A stretch of 64,000 nucleotides of DNA, from assembly GCF_006345805.1 (NCBI RefSeq), contig NC_042997.1:91574001-91638000 (forward strand). Reading direction: 5' to 3'. The notes beneath the pieces were generated by a model. The model did no database searches, had not been told where the DNA came from, and was given only the letters and a program-made list of their open reading frames with translations. Below, one piece after another: positions 24,863-37,252 of this stretch; position 1 is the stretch's first letter; each line of letters opens with the position of its first letter. Position numbers and translations under genes: made by a program. This DNA comes from Octopus sinensis (lineage: Eukaryota).

Positions 24863-27355
24863 GAGAGAAATATGGTCGGCGAACGAACCACCAAAAAAAA
24901 GGAGTATCAAAATAACAAACTTGGCATCTGAACAACTTTGGACCCCCATAACAACTGAAGAGGTCACCCAGGCACTGCAAAGACTAAGCAACTGGAAGGC
25001 ACCTGGGCATGACAAGATCCCCAACTTCTGGTTGAAATATCTAACAGGAATGCACAAAAAGCTGGCTGAAAACTTTAACAACGTACTAGCAGAGCCAGAG
25101 ACAATGCCTGAATGGCTCACGAAGGGGAAAACCATCTTAATTCCCAAATCAAATGAAACAGAAAAACCAGAAAACTACAGACCAATAACCTGCCTCCCTA
25201 CTATGTTCAAGGCATTTACTGCAGTGATATCACAAAGGCTGAACAAGCACCTGGACGAAAACAAACTGTTCCCAGAAGAGCAGAAAGGATGCCGCAAAGG
25301 CTCATATGGCTGTAAAGATCAACTAATGATTAATAAAGCCATAACTGAAGACAGCCACAGAAAGAAGAAAGGCCTCAGTATGGCCTGGATTGACTACAAA
25401 AAGGCGTTTGATAGCATCCCCCACACATGGATCCTCGAAACACTAGCCATTAACAAAGTAGCACCAACAATCATAAAATTCATAGAGCACTCTATGAATA
25501 AATGGCAAACAGTCCTACACCTCCAAACAAAAGAGGGACTCATGAAAACCAAAGACATCCCCATTAGAAGAGGAATATTCCAGGGAGACACGCTCTCTCC
25601 ACTCCTTTTCTGCTTGGCACTGTCACCTCTATCTGATATGCTAAATAGAACTGGATGCGGATATAAATGTTACGGCAAAACGATCAGCCACCTTTTATAT
25701 ATGGATGACCTAAAACTATACGCTGCAAATGACAAACAGCTGGAAACACTATTAAAGACAGTTCATGGATTTACCAAAGAAATAGATAAGAAATTTGGAT
25801 TAGAAAAATGCGCCAAAGTAACCATGAAAAGAGGAAAACTAGTTAAGAGTAACAACATCACACTAGATAAAACCAATGAAATAAAAGAATTAGACCAAAG
25901 CCAAACTTACAAATACTTAGGAATCCATGAACTAGATAAGACACAACACACACAAATGAAAGAGAAAATAAAAAAAGAATATTATAGACGAGTTAGATCA
26001 ATACTAAACACAGAGCTCAATGCTAAAAACAAGATAATAGGTATCAACACTTTAGCTGTCCCAGTTATAAGTTACAGCTACAATATCCTTAACTGGACAC
26101 GAAATGAACTGACCAAAATAGATAGGAAAACAAGAAAAATAATGACAGGATCTAGGATGCATCACCCAAAATCTTACATAGAAAGACTATATATACAACG
26201 TATAGAAGGTGGTAGAGGCCTTATACAGCTGGAAAACTACTATAAAATAACCACCATAGGACTGCAAAAATATCTACTTCAGAAGGAAGGAAAACTGATC
26301 TAGATAGCGGCAAAACACGAGCAAAACAAAAAACTGTTCTCAGTATTTAAGGAAGCTGACAAATACAAACAAGAAATCATACCACCTAATAAACATGAAG
26401 AAGAAGAAGAAGATGAAGAAACAACAAAAGCTATAAAACAAATGAAATCCAAACTAAAAATAGAACAGCAACGAACCATGATAAAACGAGGGCAAGAAAA
26501 GCCCCTTCATGGTAAATACTGGACTAAACTAAACGCAAAAGAAATAGACAAAGAAAAATCCCAGCAATGGTTGAGAAGCTCAGGACTCAAAGCAGAAACA
26601 GAGGGATTTTTAATTGCAGCACAAGACCAAAGCCTCCCCACCAGAATTACCAAAAACATGTAATGAAAAGAAATATTACAAGTAACTGCAGAATATGTGG
26701 AGATGGACAAGAACAATAAATCATATTATCTCTAGCTGCCCAGTCCTGGCTAAGAAGGAATATATTCACAGACATGACAGAGTTGGAACCTACATACATT
26801 GGAAGCTATGCCAACATTATGGAATAACAACAGAAAAAAGATGGTATAGGCACACACCAGAAAAGGTCACAGAAAACGAGAAAGCAACCATACTCTGGGA
26901 TATGCCGATACACACAGATAGAGAAATTAAGGCCAACAGACCAGATATAGTTGTCAGAGATCATGAAGAAAAAAAATGCTTTCTAATTGATGTATCAATA
27001 CCGGCTGATGACAACGTGTCTCTAAAAGAAATGGAGAAACTCTCAAAATACAAAGACCTGGAAATAAAGGTAACTAGAATGTGGAATCTGAAAACAGAAA
27101 CAATTCCTATCATAGTAGGTGCATTAGGCATGATAAAAAAATATTCAGACAAATACATAACAAAAACACCAGGACTTACAAACACATATAACATACAGAA
27201 AATTGCACTACTAGGCACTGCACACATCCTACGCAGAACACTTTCCATACAATAACCATCAGAGCATCACAACAAATCACAGCACATACCCAAGGCACGC
27301 AGAGCTGCGCTCGGTAGTGAAATGAAAGCACGCTATAAAAATAAAACTACTGAAT
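24861..27355 (+). mobile_element. 5'-truncated R4/Dong-like non-LTR retrotransposon (RT + CCHC finger + restriction-like endonuclease)
   Basis: ~480 codons of open RT frame (KAPGHDKI, ENYRPITCL, IDYKKAFDSIPH, RGIFQGDTLSPLLF, HLLYMDDLKLY); one TAG at 26301; CRICG...TINHIISSCP finger; RPDIVV...IDVSIP RLE motif; stop 27253-55; flanked by (AAT)n. Confidence 0.93.
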
Positions 27356-28279
27356 AATAATAATAATAATAATGGTTTCAAATTTTTCCACAAGGGCAGC
27401 AGTTTTGGGGGAGGGGATGAGTCGATTACATCGATCCCGATATTCAACTGATACTTATTTTATTGACCCTGAAAGGATGTAAGACAAAGTCGACCTTGGC
27501 AGAATTTGAACTCAGAATGTAGTGACAAGCATTCTGAGTTCAAATTCGACCATGGTTTCAAATTTTAGTGTAAAGCCAATAATTTTAGGGGCAGGTGTTA
27601 AGCCCCTAATATATTGACCACTTTTCTATGCTAGCATAGGTCAGATGGAACTTGCTGAGGCAGATTTTCTATGGCTGGGTGCCCTTCCTATCACCAACTT
27701 TGAACTGCTTCTAAGCAAGGTAATATTTTATCATAGTGAGACATGTACCTGCAGAATACTGGAAATGAATGATACCGTTTGTATGACAGTGACACTCATT
27801 TACAACAATAGAAAAATGTCAGGACAAGGAGACACCAAGTCTCTCTCTCTCTCTCTCACACACACATACATACATAATGAGCTTCTTTCTATCTCCATCT
27901 ACCAAATCTACTTTCAAGACATTGGTTAGCCTGGGGCCATGGTTGAAAGCACTTGCTCAAAGTTCCATGCAGTGGGACTGAACCTGGAACCAAGTTGTTG
28001 GGAAGCAAGCTTCTTAATCACACAATCATGCCTGCATCAATTAAAAAAAAAACACAGTTGGAGAAAGCAGCAAATAGTGCAAATATCAGGAAGCAATAAG
28101 TCATACATTATTAAGTTATCAAGTCTTGACTTATATGATCTCCTTATACTTTTTATATTCACTGAGTAATTTCTAAATATTTCCTAATCAAGCCAAATAA
28201 AATCTGGTTCAAATTTTCACTGAAAATTGTAATTAAAGGTGACCAATTCATAATATGACACTGTCTTTCTATCCTTCAG

Positions 28280-28477
28280 AATAAATTAATACCATCTGAA
28301 CACCGTATGAATATCATTGAACATTTTGTGATGGTACATAAAATTGTCGGAGAATTTAGTCAGCAATTCATTTTGCGTTTGCGTCGTAACAATTATGTTA
28401 CCCCTAAAAACTATTTGGACTTTATCTCAACTTATCTGAAACTATTAAAGGAAAAGGACCAGTTTATTAAGGGTCAG
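28280..28477 (+). CDS. DNAH10: DNAH10 exon, AAA4 lid leading into stalk
   Basis: Acceptor atccttcag; NKLIPSEHRMNIIEHFVMVHKIVGEFSQQFILRLRRNNYVTPKNYLDFISTYLKLLKEKDQFIKGQ; donor gtaaga at 28478. Confidence 0.94.
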
Positions 28478-28717
28478 GTAAGAAAATATTTACTAATTTG
28501 AAGACTCTTATTTTCTTTCAAAGTTTCAAAGATTCTTTCTCTATGTTTCAACTTAGCAGGCTAAAACTTCAAAGTTACTGTCAACAACATTCTTGTGCTC
28601 AATAAAAAAGATAAAACAAAATTAAAAAATCATGTATAAGAATAATATATGTATGTGTGTATGTGTGTGTGTGTGTGTGTATGTGTGTGTAAGTGAGTGT
28701 GTGTGCGTGTGCGTGCA

Positions 28718-28748
<31 letters not shown>

Positions 28749-28975
28749 ATCATCAGTATCATCATTTAGCATCTGCTTTCCTTGCTGGCATGGGTTAGAC
28801 AGTTTGACTGAAACTGGTAAGCTGGAGAGTTGTTCCAAATTCTGGTCTGATTTGGCATGGTTTCTATGGCTGGATGCCCTTCCTAATACCAACCACTTCA
28901 ACAGTGTAATGGGTGCTTTTACATGCCACCAGCACAGGTGCCAGTTACATGACACCAGCATTGACTACAACTACA
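28749..28975 (-). mobile_element. RTE 3'-tail element
   Basis: Reverse complement of the shared tail (atcatcatttagcatctgctttccttgctggcatgggtt...ggatgcccttcctaataccaaccac). Confidence 0.75.
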
Positions 28976-29419
28976 ATTTCACTTGACTTGACACATATAT
29001 ATATATAGGTGAGTATTGTAGTTCACTTGAAGCATTGTGTATTGTTTGTGAATTATAACGTGTCTTGAATGGCACAACAATGCAGCATGGACTATAATAA
29101 CTTATAATTTTATTATCCATAGTCTGATAAAATAATATTTCAGAATATAAAAATTCCTTGTTCAGATGTCGCTAGGAATTGATCGAGTCACTGCTATAAT
29201 CAGTTTTCCAACGATTACTGAAATTTTATTTTTCTGGAAGCGTCTCTTCAGTGATCTCATGAATCTCCTTCCAGAATTCCTCATGAGAAGTGCGTGAGGC
29301 TGGACATGTCTCAAGCTCGTGTGTTGGTACATCTATAGCACTGCTTTTAAGTTATGTATTATATGTGCAGTTTCTTTTTTTCTTTTTCTTTTATAATACA
29401 TGAGCATGTTATCAAAAGT

Positions 29420-29760
29420 GAACCTATACACATCTAGATGTGGCTAAATAATATATTGATTGCCAACCTCCAGCCTGTTGTTAATTTGGGGCCCTAGTCT
29501 ATCTATGAAGATAGCTTCCTTAATTCTTAGATTACCCAAATTTCTTTCATTGGCCTCATTTGTGACTGTTATGCATTTCTCAGTGTTCCGGCATCTGTCT
29601 AGATGTTTTCTGAAGGAGGAGGCTCTCATGTTCAGATGTTCTTTGATGTGAATGTGTAACGGTCTTGTTGTGCTACCCACATAGAACTTGTTGCATTTGT
29701 TATATTGTATTCTATACACAACATACCCGTTGGCATAAATCTGTGTCACGGATGGGGCAG
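29420..29760 (-). mobile_element. Penelope-like element GIY-YIG endonuclease fragment
   Basis: VVYRIQYNKCNKFYVGSTTRPLHIHIKEH...LRIKEAIFIDRLGPQIN: VVY-x-YVG-x-T-R..EH and KEA..I...P.IN pattern of PLE GIY-YIG domains. Confidence 0.85.
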
Positions 29761-30212
29761 TTAACTAGCATGCATTGATTGCTGTCCCTTGCTTATTTCT
29801 TTGCAAGGTGTCTTCTCATAAAATTAACTTTCATTTCAATGCTATGTTGAAATCAGCTTCAATGTTTTATAACCTGAACCATCAGTCACCCAACAGGTCA
29901 CGGGCAGTCTAGTATGTAATAAAAGTGATTAATTAATTTTTAAAAATTATAAAAATACAAAAAAAGTGAAATCAATCTGGAATTAAAGTGAAATAAATCT
30001 GGAAATTTTGAAATGAAAAGTAGATAGTATTGTCATAAGTGCATAGGATATTTTAATGAATTTGTACATTGTCATTAAGGTATCTGAATCATAATAAAAG
30101 AAAGTTGATTGAGTTCTTGGAGTAGAGAAGATTTTTGCCTTTTAAACAATAACATAAATTATGTGCATGATGGATAGAGTTTTAAAATAAATTTCTTGTC
30201 TCTATATTGTAG

Positions 30213-30446
30213 TGTGAACGTCTGGCAGGAGGTTTACTGAAAATTAAAGAAGCCAGGGAACAACTTGATGTTTTAAATAAAAAACTTGTAGTTCAGAAAA
30301 GTGCTGTGAAAGAAAAAACAGATGCCTGTGAGATTCTGTTACAAGATATTTCTGAACGGACAGCTATAGCTAATGAGAAGAAACAGATGGCTGTGGCTAA
30401 AGCGAAGGATATTGAAGAACAGAGTGCTATTATTGCAATTGAGAAG
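30213..30446 (+). CDS. DNAH10: DNAH10 exon, stalk coiled coil CC1
   Basis: Acceptor tattgtag; CERLAGGLLKIKEAREQLDVLNKKLVVQKSAVKEKTDACEILL...IIAIEK; donor gtttgg at 30447. Confidence 0.93.
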
Positions 30447-32010
30447 GTTTGGGATATATTGTTAATAACTTTCACATCCATCAATCCATCTCTCCATCCT
30501 CTTCCATTCTTTGTTTTACTTGTTTCAGTCATTAGACTGCGGCTGTGCTGGGGCACTGTCTTGAAGGGATTAATTGAACAAATCAAACCCAATACTTATT
30601 TCTCTTTTTTTAAGTGTTATACTTATTCTGTCAGTCTCTTTTGTAGAACTGCTCTCTGATAGGGATGTAAATAAACCAACACCGGTTATAAGGTGGCGAT
30701 AGGGGATACAAATACAGACACAATGAGATAGGCATGTGTGCACATGCACACACACACACACACATGCACACACACACACACACATGCACACACATACACA
30801 CACACACACACACAATCGGCTCCCATACAGTTTCCATTCATAAGGCTTTGGTTGGCCCGAGGCTATAGTAGAAGACAGTTGCCTAAGGTGCTACACAGGG
30901 GGACTGAACCCAAAACCATGTGGCTTCAAAGTGAGCTTCTTAACCACTACCCTTGTTTACCATTCTAACATGAAGTTTTACTTTAGTGGGTTTTATAGAT
31001 TTGCTAAACATCAGGGCTGATTCCATCACAGACTGATAGAACATGCTACTGGTAACTATGTAATGCAGGACTAATCATTCCTGATCAAGAAGTTGGCAAC
31101 AGAACTGAATTCCCTACTGGATTTTCCCAATGAGAAGAGTGTGAGGGCACTCAGCATGATTAAAAATAGAAATCCTATCAAAGGTAGATGGGCTCTTTGA
31201 GAGCTAATGGCATTCATATCCTGAGCAGGAAATAGGTGCCATCAGGACATTCAGTGAGACACAGGAATGGCAGTTAAACCAATATGTAATCTCAAACTAG
31301 ATCAGGGAATTGGAAAGTATTGGCAAAAGAATTCAAGTGCCCTTATTGTAGAAGTTCTAAAGGAATGATTTGACCTAATTTGAGACCTAATGCTTTTATG
31401 TCTACTGTAGCAACTTACTTTGATTACAGGTAAGTTCACTGCTGTCAATTCACCTTGAAGAAACTTCACTGTGAGGAAAGTTTACTGAGAAAATATATCC
31501 ATAGTATCTCACCATTAATAGTTAAAAACTATTTTATTGAAAAAAAAACAACAACCATGCATTGATGACAGTGAACTACCCTTGTTGTGAATTGATGATG
31601 GTGAACTTACCAGACATGACTTACTTTAGATGCTTTGGTCTATCTTTGTTCTACTATCAACTCAATTACCTGGTCACTTGTTCATGCAAATCCAGTCAGA
31701 CAAAATAGAAACAAAACATACTATATTAGCAGCAGTATTGATAACTTGAAAAACTGTGTTGAGATGCACATCTAAAACAAGTGCTGACTTTGGTACTCCA
31801 GAAAAATTTACTGTGGTCACTGTCAGAAGCTATAGACATACATAGACAGACTAAACAATAAAGAAAATACGTGGTTAGATTATTATCTCATACTGCTAAC
31901 CATTCAGAAAACTTATCAGCTAGAAATAATAGCCAAGTCTCTCTCAAATACTCACTTGTCTTTAAAAAGAAAATATTAGATAAATAGTTTTAAGTACACT
32001 AAGTTTTTTG

Positions 32011-32012
<2 letters not shown>

Positions 32013-32085
<73 letters not shown>
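32013..32085. repeat. (GA)n microsatellite
   Basis: Direct inspection. Confidence 0.95.
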
Positions 32086-32688
32086 TGCTTATAGCTGGTA
32101 TGTCCTTGATCATAGGTATTCTCCTCAGTCAGCAACTGTCACTAACCAACAACAACAGTAACACACATGCAGTAAATAACTACATGTCTGAATATGCAGT
32201 ATAGTCCTCATCCAGATGGGGCATTGAATATCTGGAGTGATGAATCTTATGAGTTACTCTCCGGTAAATGTTTAGGTGCCAATGTGTTAAAGGTCCGCTC
32301 AAAGAAGGGTGACAGGAATTAAGCAACATGTCTATTTTCAGTTGTGTTATCATGACACCAAAGTCGATTAAAGAAACATCTGTTTGTATGTATATGTATC
32401 TGCATCCAAGTATATTTGTATAACTGTGTGTGTGCCTGAATATTTTGGTGTCAGTGTATGTATGAGTCTTTCAGTGTGCAGACATGTATAAGTAAACATA
32501 TATGTGTGTATTTGTATGTGAGTTTATGAGTGTGTGTGCATTTATGTGTGAATGCATATGCGTTTGTATGTGTATAGTATATGTCTGTCTCCTATGAGAG
32601 GAATAAACACCGAAACTTTACATGTCGCTCACATGTTTATTTTGCTGCTAGTCATTATAACATTGTTTTCTGTTATGTTTTTCTTTAG

Positions 32689-32786
32689 GGAGAGGCAGAA
32701 GAGGCATTGAATGAAGCCCTGCCAGCACTTGAGGCTGCCCGACTGGCTCTTGATGATTTAGAAAAATCAGATGTGACAGAAATCAG
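32689..32786 (+). CDS. DNAH10: DNAH10 exon, stalk CC1 / microtubule-binding domain start
   Basis: Acceptor ttttctttag; GEAEEALNEALPALEAARLALDDLEKSDVTEI(R); donor gtcagg at 32787, phase 2. Confidence 0.93.
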
Positions 32787-33249
32787 GTCAGGATATTATC
32801 ATATTCAAAATAGGCTGTATTGCTTTGCATCCTCCTGATAATCATGGTCATGATCATCACCATCATCATCATCACTGCCATTGCCGTGCCATCATTGTCA
32901 CCACCGCCACCGCTGCCACTGCCACCACCACCATCTCCCGGCTGAACATCTCCTGGAATAGACATTCCAGTTGGTTCTCAATGATGCCCGAGAACATTGC
33001 CATTCTCGCCTACTGCTAGTCCTCTTAACCCTTTTGCTACCATATTTCTGCTGGAATATACTGCCTTTGTTTCAATTCATTTTGAAAATAATGAAGAATT
33101 TATTTAAATGATTTTGTCATTATTAAGCAGGTGTTTGGAACAAATCATGAAACATTGATGGAAGGTTTTAATTTCACTCAATTTAAAATAGGAAATTCAT
33201 ATCATAGACCCAAGGAAAGACTTAGTTGTGTGGTATCAAAAGGGTGTGA

Positions 33250-33555
33250 AAGTGTATGGCTCAGTGGTAAGGGTATTCGGCTTAGAATTATAAGTTATAA
33301 GGTTGGGAGTTCATTTCCCAGCAACACAAGACACTTTATTTCATGTTGCTCCAGTCCACTCAGCTGGCAAAAAATCAGTTGTACCTCTATTTCAAAGGGC
33401 CAGCCTTGTCACACTTGTGTCACACTGAATCTTCTTGAAAACTACGTTAAGGGTACATGTGTTTGTGGAGTGCTCAGCCACTTGAATGTTAATTTCATGA
33501 GTAGGCTGTTCTGTTGATTGGATCAACTCTGTCAGCGTTGTAACTGACAGAGTGC
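33250..33555 (+). mobile_element. tRNA-derived SINE, same family as 61285-61600
   Basis: tggctcagtggtaagggtatt...ggagttcatttccc...ctccagtccactcagctggcaaaaa...gggccagccttgtcacac. Confidence 0.75.
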
Positions 33556-35147
33556 TTATATCAAAAGGGTTAAGAATGCTAATGTGGAAGTACCATTCCA
33601 GATACTAGGCTCCCAGTCTTGGTCTTCTCTTGAATCTGAACTGTGGAAAACAATGACTGACGAAAGGCAACCAAACCTTCTCACGATCAGGGTATCTTTG
33701 TGGATACTGCAGGTTCATCACATGTCTGTGCATCATCAGTCCAGTCAATGCATACTGAGCCATCTGCACAGAGGGTGTTGACAGCAGATGGACTGCTTGG
33801 CTAATGGAACACATCACAAAAAAAAATCAAACACCCCGAGACCAAATGAGAACCAGGCAGTGAAATATGATGGAAGTGATGTACACATTTGCCACTTCTG
33901 CTTGACTTTTCTTGGATGGCTTCTTTTCAGTTCATTTCTGAGTGAGATCAGCCACTCTGCTCATAATATAATACCAGTTTCTATTCACCTTCAGGTCTAG
34001 ACTAACTCATAAAACAAGCAGTTTAAACTGTATGTACCCCACAACACTATCTGATGTAGAATTGCCTCCTAAGATATTGAGCTCTAAGCCCACTGATCTG
34101 TCTCAGTTAATTTTTGTTCCTTTCTCTTCGTATTTCTTTAGACTGGTGCTGAGCATGTTGACTTCCATGGTGTTCAGTATTATTAAGATAATGGCATCTG
34201 TATATGCTATATAGCTTTCCCATGTCCCAGTTCAAATGAGATACTCTTCAACATTTCCAGTTTCTGAAGTAGAGGGTCAGTACATACAAAAGTTATGAAA
34301 GAAGACATTCTTCAGGGAGTGAACACATAATTAAAAATGATTTTTATAGGTAATCATTTAATTTATCTAGTGCTAGATTAACCATTAATCAAAATAAGCA
34401 TGTGCTTAGGGCATCAAGAGAAGTGGAGCACCAGAGAAATGGTAAATGTTTTATGGTACAAAAGAAATAACTTCAAGCTGGTTGGAATAATAATATTTGA
34501 AGTGGTTTATATGATAGAAAATATAATTTTGAGGTGTTTATGGTGTCATAGTGATGTCATATAAAATCAACCAATTGTATACAAAATAGGTGGAGTTTAT
34601 GATTTATTCATGTGTTGCTATTTCTCTCTCCCACTGTTTATGTATATATATGGTAAAATTGCCTAAAGTGCTTGTCTTTATTTTGGTTAACATGCAGTTT
34701 ACCTTCATAGAATAGTAAAAGTAAAATGTCTAGAAAAATGAAAGTATATTGTGACAGAAAACAAAGTGATGAGAGTGACATCTCATAATTTATAAAATAA
34801 TTGTAGAAGACAATAATATTGAATGTGACTTTCCAAATATAGACTTTCCAAATATATGCAGCAAATATAGAAGCAAATGTATTATGTAAAATTAATTTTA
34901 AGGATCTGATCAAAGACTTAACAATTAAAAAAGGAGGAGAAAATTTTTCAAATATAAATAAAGTGGTAGTATACAAAAATAAGCATTATTTCCCATCTGA
35001 CTGTTAGTTTTGTTTCATTTTGAAAAATAAAAAAATTATTTTGTGGTTTATTATTTGTTTATATGGGAGTACAACTATATCCACTCAAAAGTTATTATTT
35101 TGGCACAATTTCTTATATATTAAGTTAACTTTGCTGTCATACTACAG

Positions 35148-35328
35148 ATCATTTGCAAAACCACCCAAAGCAGTCCAAGATGTATGCGAATGCATTGTAA
35201 TTATTAAGGGCATTCGTGAAGTGAGCTGGAAATCAGCAGGGGTATGATGGCAGAAGCGAATTTCCTACGTCAGCTGACTGAAATGGATGTAAATTCCATC
35301 TCTTCAGCAGCTCAAAAACAAGTAAAAG
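35148..35328 (+). CDS. DNAH10: DNAH10 exon, microtubule-binding domain; carries an apparent 1-nt deletion
   Basis: Acceptor catactacag; SFAKPPKAVQDVCECIVIIKGIREVSWKSA, then only 2 nt (gg, 35239-35240) before the shifted frame GMMAEANFLRQLTEMDVNSISSAAQKQVK; donor gtaaga at 35329. The exon is 181 nt where the phases require 182. Confidence 0.88.
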
Positions 35329-35689
35329 GTAAGACCCTATTCAAATCCAATCTGTGAACAAATACTAAGAATTGTTGTCCACATTTTATTTTCTATGTTT
35401 TCCTTCTTAATTTGTTCAAAGTTACCTTTTACGACATTTTTATCTTTTATTTTTTACTTGTTTCAGTCATTGGATTTTGGCCATATACATAGACACTGAC
35501 TTGAAAGGTTTTGGTCAGATAAATTAACCTTACTACTTATTTTTAATACTGGTACTCATTCTATCAGTCTCTTTTGCAAGTCTGCTAAATTACGGGGGCG
35601 TAAACAAACCAGCACCAGTTGTCAAGTGGTGATAGGGGACAAGCAAACACACACATTTAGAAATGCAAACACACACATTTAGATACATG

Positions 35690-35807
35690 CATGCATGCAT
35701 ACATACATACATACCTACCTACCTACCTACCTACCTACATACATACATACATACATACATACATACATAATACATACATACATACATACATACATACATA
35801 CATACAT
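35690..35807. repeat. (TACA)n/(TACC)n microsatellite
   Basis: Direct inspection. Confidence 0.95.
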
Positions 35808-35990
35808 AAAGTTCAGGTTTATACCTGTCATTATTGGGGTACTGGGTTATGTAACACACTGCCTAAATACCAATTTTGAGAAATTAGGCTTCTCAAAACC
35901 AGAAAGGAAAAAGCTGATTCGAAGACTACAGATCCAAGCCATCACCAGAACTGTAAAAATATGTTAAACATTTCAGAAGTTTATCATTTA
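35806..35990 (+). mobile_element. 3' remnant of an RLE-type LINE
   Basis: KFRFIPVIIGVLGYVTHCLNTNFEKLGFSKPERKKLIRRLQIQAITRTVKIC*, resembling the C-terminal IPIIVGALG...LQ..AL segment of RLE LINEs. Confidence 0.55.
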
Positions 35991-36789
35991 AGTATATATG
36001 CGCATATCTAGACATGCAACTATATGCATGAGAATACATACTTAAAACAAAACATACAAATCTGCACATATACATACATACAAAAACCCTGTTGATGTTA
36101 TTGAAATTCCAATGAAGGAGCTTTGGATCTAGGGTAGAAACCAGCTCTTTCTCTATTGGCAAAAAGTCTTGAAATAAAACTGAATAAAACATACATACAT
36201 ATATACAAACAGACAGATGTGCATTTGTGTGTGTGTGTGTGAAGAGCTTCTTTAAGGATCTTCTATCAAATCCACTCATAAGGTACTGGTCATCCTGGTA
36301 CTATAGTAGATGCCACTTGGCCAAAGTGTCACTTGGTTTGGAAGCAAGCTTCTCAACTATACACTTAAGCCTTGTTTACATAAACAAGCTAATTTTCTTA
36401 ATATCATTAAGCTATTAATTAACATTTAATCGTTGATTTATGGTAATTAATGATAGCTCCTATGAGTTAACTATGATTTGTTACTGATACTTACTGGAAG
36501 TTTTTTTCCACGTTATTTGGTTTGCTAATGTTGTTGAAGAATGCAGCTGAGCTTCCATTTATTTATTTCATCAAAACCTTAGGCTTTATATCTACCTAGA
36601 TATGGCAACAGGAAAACATTTGAATATATATTCTTTGGTACATTATGACTGTCATAGAAAGTAAATATCCAGAAGTAGTTTGCTACTTAAATAAAATGAC
36701 TCTGTTAGTATTTGAAGTAAATGAATCGAAACGTCTCCCATTTATATGAGCTGTTAAAGAATTATAATAAAACAATAAATGTGCCCTTT

Positions 36790-37010
36790 TAAAACCTAGC
36801 CAGGCTCATGGGCCTGGTTTCCTGGTTTCCCTGGCATATGTGTTCCCCAGCTGGATGGGACGCCAGTCCATCACAGCGTTACTCATTTTTGCCAGCAACG
36901 TGAAATGAAGTGTTTTGCTCAAGAACACAATGCGTCGCCTGGTCCAGGAATTGAAACCACAATCTTATGATCATGATGCTGATACCCTAACCACTGAGCC
37001 ACACACCTCC
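36790..37010 (-). mobile_element. tRNA-derived SINE (reverse orientation)
   Basis: Reverse complement begins gaggtgtgtggctcagtggttagggtatcagcatcatgatcataagattgtggtttcaattcctggacc, with A-box- and B-box-like motifs. Confidence 0.7.
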
Positions 37011-37115
37011 ACTAAAGAATTATAGAGATAGAAATTAATTTAGAAATATGTTGTTTAAGAATTGGAACCAATTTTACAAAAGGCTAAATGATTCTTAATT
37101 CATTGTATTTTGCAG

Positions 37116-37252
37116 CCAGATTAAAAGTGTTAGACATATCCCTCGATGATATGAAGCAAGTTAGCAAAGCTGGTGCTGGACTGTTGAAGTTTGTAGAAGC
37201 TGTAATGGGTTATTGTGAAGTAGCAAAAGAAATTAAACCCAAACGAGAAAAG
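37116..37252 (+). CDS. DNAH10: DNAH10 exon, microtubule-binding domain / CC2 start
   Basis: Acceptor attttgcag; (A)[45 protein letters not shown]; donor gtcagt at 37253. Confidence 0.94.

Noticed and set aside
31000-31370. Very old LINE-like fragments (also 33600-34330, 42110-42330, 59230-59640)
   Set aside because: Only faint motif resemblance by eye; family and boundaries cannot be supported without a profile search.
35245-35247. TGA readthrough/selenocysteine, RNA editing or a micro-intron rescuing the DNAH10 frame
   Set aside because: The homologous peptide is in another frame and the read-through frame stops again ten codons later. A-to-I editing cannot add a base. Removing the 19-nt gt...ag at 35221-35239 does not restore phase.
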